Below the pieces are notes generated by a model that saw nothing but the letters and a program-made list of their open reading frames with translations, had not been told where the DNA came from and made no database searches. Both the position numbers and the translations under genes were made by a program. A stretch of DNA of 58,961 nt. Origin: Girardia tigrina (Eukaryota). Positions 50,137 to 58,961 of this stretch are shown here, piece after piece; positions within the stretch are counted from its first letter, which is position 1; every line of letters starts with the position of its first letter. The DNA lies in assembly GCA_001938485.1 (NCBI GenBank), contig MQRK01254793.1:1-58961 (forward strand), given 5' to 3'.

Positions 50137-52393
50137 GGGTACGTATTGTTTTGACCCAGCCGTATTGACCCGACTGTTTTTACCCCGTTTTTTGACCCTG
50201 CTTTGTTTTGACCCGAGTTTTAGTTTAATTTTCAGTTTAGTTTAATTTAATTATTTTTTTTATTTTTGATGGTTTTGAACTCATTTTTTTAGTTTAAGTT
50301 AATTACATTTTTCTTTTAGACGCTTTTGACCCCATTTTTTAAAATTTAATTTAATGAACTTTTTAGGGGCATTAAGAAAACACGAACTTTTTTTTAAAAT
50401 TTGGAAAACACATTAACTTTTTCTTCAAAATTAGACAAACTAACTTTTCTTTGACAAATGAATTGATAAAAAAAATAATAAAAATTAAAAACACGATTTT
50501 GAATATTTTTATTTTAGACTCCTATTTTTAAATTTTTTAAATTTAAATGAATTACTTTTTTTATTTTAGATAATTTTTTACTTAATTTTATTATTGTTGT
50601 TTAAGTGAATACTTTTCGGTAATATTTTTAATTAATTTAATTTAACTATTAGGCTAAATTATTTTTCAAGAATGGACCAGATTTTATCGAAACGAGGGAA
50701 AAGAATGTACGCACATGAAGAGTATTTGTACTCTTTCGCAAAGTATTTTGACGACAACAATCAAATTTCTAGGCGTTGTAATGAAATGGTCTCCAGCAAG
50801 CACTGTAAGGGCAGAATTCGAACAAAGGTAGAAAATGGTGAGTTTTTAACTATTGTAACAGTCCATAGCCACGACTCTAGTGCAGCAAACGTAGAAGTAG
50901 CTCGACGAATTACAAAAAATAAGGAACGTGTAGTTGCAACTCAAGAAATTCCATCCCAAATTAATAATGAATGTTCACAAAACATTCCTCTGTCAGAACA
51001 AAGGATTTTTCCAAGACATAATTTAATCCGTCAAGTGATCCTGCGCACCAGAAATGCCTATAACGCAGTCCCGGTTCAGCCGATTAATAGAGAATCCATT
51101 GAATTACCTGAATAGTTTACTCTTTATGAGAAGTTTCCGAACCATTTGAGAAATTCTTGTTGGCTGACTCTGGGTTAGGATACCATGATAGAATTTTAAT
51201 TTTGGACACGAAAGCATTGAACTTTGGTTAGATCATGTTCAAAAAATCTATGTTGACGGAACTTTTGCTTGACGCCACATATGTTTTATCAAGTGTTTGT
51301 TATTTTGGCTGGACGTGGAGAGTTTGTTTTACTTATTATGTATGCTCTTTTGCCAAACAAAACTACTGAAACGTATGGGGATTAATTTTCAATTAATTTG
51401 CAGGGGATTTCCAAATTTTAATCCTCAGATTATTTCAACGGATTTTGAACTCGCTGTAATGCGTGTCTTTTCTACCAAATATCTCTTATCTGTTGTTCAT
51501 GACTGTTTTTTCATTTAATTACAAATATAAAACGAAAAGTATCTGAAAAAGATCTAATGATAAATTATAACAGTGACCCAGACTTCGCACTTCATGTGCG
51601 CATAATCGGCGCAATTGCATTTGTACCCCTGATAATATTGAGGTTGCAATCGATTGTTTATCAGAGCTTGAAACGTTTCCCAAGAGTTTACTTCCTATCT
51701 TGAATTATTTCAAAGATACTTATGTTTGAAGAATGCAGAGAAACAACCGCTGCAGACCTCCGAAATTCAGTCCAGATATATGGTCCGTCTATCATCGAAC
51801 ACTTGATGGTGAGGCACGATCAAACAACTTTGCAGAAGCCTCTCATCGACGTTTTCAAGCTGAATTCTGGGTAGACCATCCAATTTTATGGAATTTTATT
51901 GATGAAATTAAAAATGTCCAAAGAGCTAGAGACACAGTTTATGAGCACTTTGTGAGGGGAGACAGTGCAGCATCTAAACGTGAAAAATATAATCAAGCTG
52001 ATGTTCGGATTCTGAGAATTGTTCAAAGTTCCGATAATCGAGAAATTTCTGAATATTTACTCGGAATTGCAAACAATTTTGATATGGACTAATTTAATAT
52101 TTGCCTGCAATTGTAGTAAATAATAAATTTTTGGTATTTACTTGACTTGAGTTTTTATATTTAAAAATTTTTATATTTAATTTTTTATATTTAAAAATTG
52201 TTATTTCGACTGTACGTGGAAAGTTTGTTTTACCTATTATGTATGCTCTTTTGTCAAACAAAAATACTGAAACGTATGTAGAATACAGAGAAACAACCGG
52301 GGTCAAAACAAAGCGGGGTAAAAAAAACGGGGTCAAAACGAACGGGTTCAAAACGGCGGGGTCAAAACGGTAGGGTCAAAACAAACTGCTTCC
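50137..52393 (+). mobile_element. MULE element with FLYWCH-type zinc finger; transposase pseudogene at 50672-52092
   Basis: TIRs with TTTTGACCC repeats; 7/9-matching TSD GTG(T/A)AAGA(T/C); CKGRI..HSH, YVDGTF, STDFELA, RSNNFAEASH. Confidence 0.9.
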
Positions 52394-52978
52394 GTGAAAG
52401 ACTGCTAAATTGCCCATCGAAATCATTCAACGTAGAGCGAAGTTTTCGATTCTCAATTCAACTCTGAAAAAAATCGCAATTTTCTAGATTTAAATATTTT
52501 GAGATATAAATTTATATACAGAACAGTTCTTTTATGCTATGAAATGTTCACTTTTATTTTTTATATAAATTGTATAACAAATTGAAAAAAAATCTTTGCA
52601 TACAATGTTAATCAATAAAAAACGATTTTGCTTTTTTAAGAATTTTGAGTATTTTTTAAAACAAAAATTTTATTTAAAGACGCTTTTTTTAATAATGTCT
52701 TATCCGTGTGAACTGTAACGTAACACCAGAATATGGGATTCAGATAGAACTTACTCACCCGGTGCAGTAAATGGCACTGATCATAACTCTAATTTTTTCA
52801 GATGAAAAATTTTAAAAATAGCTTTTTTATAAAATTTATTTAGATTAAAAATAAGTATAAATCATTTCAAAAATACTTCGCAAGAAAATTTTTTGGTAAA
52901 CTAATTTTCTGGGATGAGTAGAGCATGGAAGAGTTTTCAGAAATTTATTTATGAAATATTAACAAGCGATTTTTTAAG

Positions 52979-53255
52979 ATAATAAAATTAGTAGACTTAC
53001 AGATGACAACGGAGACTATCTGATTCGTGGAAACTTAATAAAAACTTTGGAGATAAGAAATAATTTGTTAACATCGACTGTTGGAATAAATTTACCTTGG
53101 TTAGCAAATCTCTATGCTGCAGGAAACCAAATAACAGAAATTAAAGATTTAAAAGATCACAATATTTTAGAGTTAATTCACTTAAGAGGAAATAAAATTG
53201 AAGTTTTAGATGGGCTTGTGGAAAATATTCCAAAATTAAAATATTTAAATCTTAG
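52979..53255 (+). CDS. LRRC23: LRRC23 exon 4
   Basis: LEIRNNLLTSTVGINLPWLANLYAAGN...IHLRGNKI...LKYLNLR; splice phase consistent. Confidence 0.88.
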
Positions 53256-53714
53256 GTAAGATATTATTTGATATTTGATAGCAATTTTGATAGCATCTTG
53301 AAATTATTTTATGTTGAAATTAATTATTTTTTATAAAAGTAAGTCACTTTATACATTTATTTCACATGCATTAATACCCTATTACAAGCCATGGCTTGTG
53401 TTTTCTTTTTTGCAAAATCCAAAAAAGCAAGAGAGGCTTGTAGTAGGGTGATGGCTTGTATTTATTTTTTTTTTAAAATATAAAAAAGAATAATTTAAAT
53501 AAATATCGTATATTAGAATGTTATTTAATATATCACTTTAATATAATAAGCATAATAAATAAAATATCTTAAAATTTCTGCAAGTACGTCTAACGATAAA
53601 TAACAAAATTTATTCAAAAACAACAATAGCGTCATGCTAGTCAACATCCTCAAAAAATCTCTCCAATTCACTGACTAGTTCTGCTATGTTTCCCAATATA
53701 ATTTTCATTTTCTT

Positions 53715-54137
53715 ACCAATATGACTTTTAACATTTTTGTTATTACAACAAGTTTGATTGTCCTCAGGACAATTTTTGTCAAAGCTTTCGTAAGATTACA
53801 TCAGTCTATTAATTAATGACTTTAATCTTATTATCGGAGCAAATGGAGAAATGAATAAATTGTTTAAATATTTACTCAAAATTTATTGGATAAAAAATTA
53901 GAATAATTATTAATTATTTAAAAAATATTAATTCAATTTATTTATTTATAAATTGTAAATAAAATTAATAAACTTATTTAAAAATTTACAATTATTTTAC
54001 ATTAGAAATAAATTTAAACATTACATATTTTTAGATAATAAGAATTAAAATATTGATCAGCCATCTGGGTAGGAGAGACACAACTCCAAATCAACATACA
54101 ACATTCAAACACAAAATATCAAACATTCAAAATATTC
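53715..54137 (+). repeat. Dispersed direct repeat, copy 1 (about 420 bp)
   Basis: Collinear with 56346-56769 (shared GTCAAAGCTTTCGTA and CCATCTGGGTAGGAGAGACACAA). Confidence 0.9.
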
Positions 54138-54464
54138 CTCACAATTACATTAATTATATTAAATGGTATTTTACTTTATTGATATTGTTTCAATTGATAA
54201 ATTGAAAAATTAATGTAAAAAACAAACAGTTTTGTTATTGTTTTTCCCGTCAAAAATTTAAACAGTCATGAAACCATATACAGTATCCTAGTAGTTATTA
54301 GAAGAAAGTAACTAAAGATTTTCGAATTTCGTCAAGTATTTTGAGGAAATCAAGGATCATCAAATTTTCTGTGGATGTTTCAAGGCCGTGAAAAAGAAAA
54401 TTCGTGAAAATTACAAAACTACTTTGAAAAAATAGCCTTTTTAACACCTGCATTTTTTTTGAAT

Positions 54465-54580
54465 AATCAATGGCCGTGGTTGAGTTCACCGAATCCCGTC
54501 CGATCTCCGAAGTTTAGGAATCAACGATCGCGTTAGTACTTATATTGGTGACAGATTGGAAATGCACTTGGCCATTGACT
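54465..54580 (+). pseudogene. 5S rRNA-derived sequence (pseudogene or SINE3 head)
   Basis: CCCGTCCGATCTCCGAAGTT..., GTTAGTACTT, TGGTGAC; terminal helix TCAATGGCC / GGCCATTGA; about 116 nt; no oligo-T terminator. Confidence 0.75.
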
Positions 54581-55639
54581 ATTCAGGTCAGGTCAGGAAA
54601 TCATGCTGTAACATATACCTTGTATATCTGTACTACCTTTTCCATGGTCAGATGGTTGGCGACTAAACCGGCTCCCAGGCACAGAGCAGTCTGGCTGAAA
54701 ATGGTGTGTGGACACCCAACAGAATGAAAAACAAAACCTGGAAAAGGGCCGATGAGCTCATTGGATTCAACGGCCATCCATACGTGGAGAGGAGATAGGT
54801 GCCAGCAGGTTACTCACCTACTTAGACACTCAATAATATGCTAAAACCCAGCCACAAAAGGCTTGTACATTATTGGGTGCACTTAATTCAGCACTTAATT
54901 TTTTGTCTTCAACTGGATTATGATACGATTTAGTTTATCAGTATAATTTCAAGGGCTGTGATGTCCCATTCATTGCAGAGACGGGTTGTCATCTGAATAA
55001 ACGAAGCCAGGAACACAATAAAAAGGTAAGTATGGTGTCCCTGGAGATTTTACTTTTAATAAATTTCAATCGAATTTTTGGTTGGAATTATTTTACGTTT
55101 TCTGTGAATTTTACTGGCTTTGAAAATTGTGTCAAAAAGATTTTTTGATTGTTTAAATAGTGTCAAAGATGAATGACACTTTTTTAAATAACGAGTTGTA
55201 TGTTGAATAAATGCTTTGTCGAAACTGATTTTTTTCTCTTGAGATCAACAATTCATAATGATTTAATTAATTAATTGAATCACTTCTTTTTGAAATAAAA
55301 TGAGTAATTTTGTACCAAATGAACGCATTGTCTTTCGGGGATAGCACAAGGCATCGTGAGTGGATTTGCCGAACCACGATCGAAGGTAATGCTGAATGGA
55401 GTAGTTGTCTGAGGGGAACTTCAAAACTTTATCGAAGACTTTTGTATAACGCGAGTTAATGCAAAGCAATTTCCATAGCATCCATTTTTACATGTTTATC
55501 CGAATATTGTTCACGTTATACAAGTTTATCCTCGCAATTTAATACAAGGAACATATTAATCGCGTTTTACGGGAGTCTACTGTAATTACTTTTTTCTTAA
55601 TGTTTGGTTTTTTTCGACGCTAAAAGTTTATTCAGTGAT

Positions 55640-57091
55640 TCATTCAATGCTTAATTATGTTGAGTAAAAAGGAACATTAAATTTTGTTTGCGGAATAAAA
55701 TTTCAGATACAGAAAAGTTCAGGTTGCAGAAAGCATTCGAGTACCATACTTTGTCGGAAAGGAATGTTTACAAAACATAAATAAATGTCAAAGAAGATTA
55801 TAAAAAATGGATATGAAGAGAGTTTCAGATGACCATCAACATCTGTCAATTGAGAATACGTCACGAACAGAGAATATTTTGTGCTAGGTAATTATAAAGT
55901 AAATTTTAGATCTATCACTGATGCTATTTATGTTTTGCTGTAATCCTATTTCGAAACTATTTTGAAAAAATCATTTGTCTGAAACGTAAAAAATCTCGAT
56001 TAATACCGAAACATATGAATTTATTCGAACAAGAGTGTTGTATATAGATCTGGGTCGAGATGCTTTCTTACTATCAATCGGTCATGAAATGGATTATTGT
56101 TAGAGACGAGACTTGAATGTATGCTTACCACCTAGAAACGACTTACCATTCTTGTCAATATCATACAAAAAATAATGCCAAACCAAAAAATAGCACAAAA
56201 ATCAATCGAAAATTAATGTCATTTTGACAAATTTCATCGATTTTCTTGGTTTTGTCCAACCAGGAATCATTCCACCCCTTCAAGACATCCACAAAGATAA
56301 ATATTTGAGTGTTATACATAGTTTTGCATCATAATTATTAAGAACACCAATTTGATTTTTCATATTTTTATTCACACAACAATTTGGATTGTCATTAAGA
56401 CAATCTTTGTCAAAGCTTTCGTACATTTGCATTCTAAACTAAATTGATTAATGAATTAATTCTTATTATTTTTAGCAAATGGAGACATAAATAATTTATT
56501 AAAATATTTACTCAAAACTTATTGGATAGAAATTAAAATGATTATTAATTATTTAAAAAAATATTAATTTGATTTATTTATTAAAAATTGTAAAAATTAA
56601 TTAAGTTATTTAAAATTTTACCATTATTTGAATTTAAAAATAAATTTAAATATTACATATTTTTAGATAATAAGAATTCAAATATTAATCACCCATCTGG
56701 GTAGGAGAGACACAATTATAAATCAACATGCAACAATCAAACACAAAACATCAAACATTCAAAATATTCTTTTATAATAATAACGTACTTTCGCATACGG
56801 CACTTGTTCTTCTTGATTTTTCGCCAGAAATTTGATTCTTATCGTTTCTCAACTACGGGTTTGTCTGATTTATCACCGTGTACTTGTGGCTATTATCGAA
56901 ACTTAAAAGATCAATATTAGGACATTGCTTTGATACAGTAGAAAAGATACAACATGAATCGCTACAAGCACTGAAGGTCGTTCTCGATGGTGACTTTAAT
57001 TCTTCTTTCTAGGATTGGAAAATACTTTGTGGCAAATTATATGAGAAATAATAGATAAATATAAATTTATCATATTTTTTGGCACAGTAGT
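55640..57091 (+). mobile_element. Highly decayed mariner element
   Basis: IVRDET*MYAY, NVLSHTALVL, KLKRSILGHCFDT; 3' end TTTTTGGCACAGTAG-TATA. Confidence 0.65.
56346..56769 (+). repeat. Dispersed direct repeat, copy 2, interrupting a mariner remnant
   Basis: Matches copy 1; mariner reading resumes at about 56780. Confidence 0.85.
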
Positions 57092-57170
57092 ATAATGCAT
57101 GTGTATTTATGTCTTTAGATTTTTAAAAAATAGTTTCAATATTTTTTGTAATGTCTTTTAAAATATTCAG

Positions 57171-57247
57171 GCAAAATAAAATATCAAACATTGAAGAAGT
57201 GAAAAAGTTGGTTATTATGGAAAGTTTGAGCCACTTAGTCTTAAGAG
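57171..57247 (+). CDS. LRRC23: LRRC23 exon 5 (remaining exon(s) not seen in window)
   Basis: QNKISNIEEVKKLVIMESLSHLVLR; cag/gtat boundaries. Confidence 0.8.
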
Positions 57248-57649
57248 GTATATTATTTTATATTTTACTTGGTTTCCTTAGTTTTGACAGACACTGATAG
57301 ATAATAATGTCTTTGATAATAGGCGTACTAATAGTGTAATAAGTGCTACGAAATACTAAGAGACTTCACTGTTTCCACAGCTAAGAGGTTTGTGATTTCT
57401 TTTTATTTCACAATTAATGAAAATATGAGATTCCGAGCTTCCAATGGAATAAACGAATTAGAGGTTTTCCGGAAAATTGGCACAAAATTTATTACGGTTT
57501 TGTAAAGGTTTCTGGGTCATTTTATTTCAGAAATAAAATTCTATATAGAAAACTTTATACTTTTGTTTTAACACATCAAATGCGTCTTTTATGGTGAAAT
57601 TTTTCAGATTGGTATAAAGGTGCTTCTGTCGTTGCTTTGTTTAAAGAAT

Positions 57650-58560
57650 CATAATGTGTGATAAAAAATTGCAATTTTTTACGTCCCTGTTGAAAAAAAA
57701 ATCAGCACAAAAACGAAAGCCGAGAAACGTTGTTCAGTGGAAGGTGAAATGGGCAGCAATAATGCTACAGCAGTAGAATGATTCAATCACTTCAGTGAAA
57801 ATGACATAAATCTCTAAGAAAATCTCCGTTCCTGTCGCCCTTCCACTGTGGACGATGATGAGCTGTTTCATTCTGTTACAAACCAGTGAACCATCTGCAC
57901 AAGCAGCATGTCAGCAAAACGTTGTCCTAACTATTCCACATTGATTGAATTCTCCGGCGACTTAGGCTCAACTATAGATGCAATTAATAAATTACATACG
58001 GATTGATTCCACCTCTAACTTAACGTAGAATTGACATCTATCAACAACTACTTGTCAATCCTTAGAATCCTCAATGCAGAAAAGAAAATATGAATGTGTT
58101 TGAAAAATAGACTTATTTATTCAATCTGTATAATGATAATCGATATTTGATGTCTGATCAACCAGTAGAACAGGTTGTTCGAAAGGTATCATTTGAAGAG
58201 ACACTTTTACTGTGTGTCTGGTAGAACTTTTAGGGAGAAGTGCACTCTCCAGAGAATCATGCAATGAATGGCTAACCTTTGTTTTAAATAACCAAAAAGT
58301 GTTTATGGAATTTGACAAATTGGCTATCTAGTCTTAATCAATTGGAAACAGACGCGTCTCGTTCATGACAAAGCCTTAGTGCACAATGCATGGATTACTC
58401 GGAGGAAGATGCAGGAGTAATATCAACTATCTTTTTGATCCCACACCATTTCAATGATACTTTTTTCCGATTGATGGTTCATTTTCAACGGTCATAAGTT
58501 AGAAATGTCGATGAGGTTTAAAATAGATGTCAGGATTTTCACCCCTCAAATCAAAGAAAT
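57650..58560 (+). mobile_element. Highly decayed mariner-like transposase
   Basis: FNHFSENDINL*ENLRSCRPSTVDDDEL (HTH/GRP-like) and LVHDKA. Confidence 0.55.
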
Positions 58561-58581
58561 AGTATCGACTTATTAGGTGTA

Positions 58582-58961
58582 TTAGGTGTACAAGTATGAA
58601 ATGCGGATTAAATTTTGAAAAGAAATACGTTAAAAACAAAAGAACGATAAAAAAAGCTTTATTCAAAATATGCTCCATTACTAATGATACATTTGTCCCA
58701 TCTATATCTCAAATTGTGGATACCTCGCCAGTAAAAGTCTTCCTTTTTTTCCATGAACCATTCATCGACCCATTTTTGCACATTTTCGTAAGAATCAAAG
58801 CGCAGCTGAGCAAGTGCGTGACCCATCGATGCAAACAAATGTTAATCTGAAGGAGCCAAGTCTGGTGAATAAGCCGCATGAGGTAAAACTTCCCAATTCA
58901 TTTTCTCCAACATGGCGCGAACCGGTTTTGATGTATGTGACGAAGCGTTGTCATGGAGAAG
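58582..58961 (-). mobile_element. Mos1-like (mauritiana subfamily) mariner, 3' end
   Basis: TIR TTAGGTGTACAAGTATGAAATG; LLHDNASSH...WEVLPHAAYSPDLAPSD*HLFASMGHAL...FYWRGIH...GAYFE-stop. Confidence 0.92.

Noticed and set aside
52299-52385. Spaced GGGTCAAAAC repeats resembling a CRISPR array (also 39181-39270 and 29440-29960)
   Set aside because: These are subterminal repeats of DNA transposons in a eukaryotic context; spacers are tiny and there are no cas genes.
54950-54970. GGGCTGTGATGTCCC, resembling a conserved 18S motif
   Set aside because: Too short and the flanks do not match 18S.

Overview
AT-rich eukaryotic (invertebrate animal-like) genomic scaffold with N gaps. It holds the last six coding exons of a G-alpha-q gene (1566-16310, +), an intact single-exon Tctex1-domain gene (37154-37741, +) and the first five coding exons of LRRC23 (44009-57247, +, incomplete). 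Introns are bimodal: 40-48 nt or 0.9-8.5 kb. Most remaining DNA is nested transposon debris: mariner, Tc1, pogo, piggyBac, hAT, MULE, Gypsy-type LTR and Penelope. Most unusual items: (1) a Tc1 element that carries a truncated intronless 14-3-3 gene between its left end and its transposase; (2) two intronless PP1-like copies with clean in-frame deletions or duplication; (3) a 5S rRNA-derived head fused to an RTE-like body, followed by a candidate spliced-leader-like hairpin with an Sm site; (4) two minimal hammerhead-like motifs; (5) a young Gypsy element with 107-bp LTRs that lacks RT. All calls come from manual reading; no searches were run and the organism cannot be identified.
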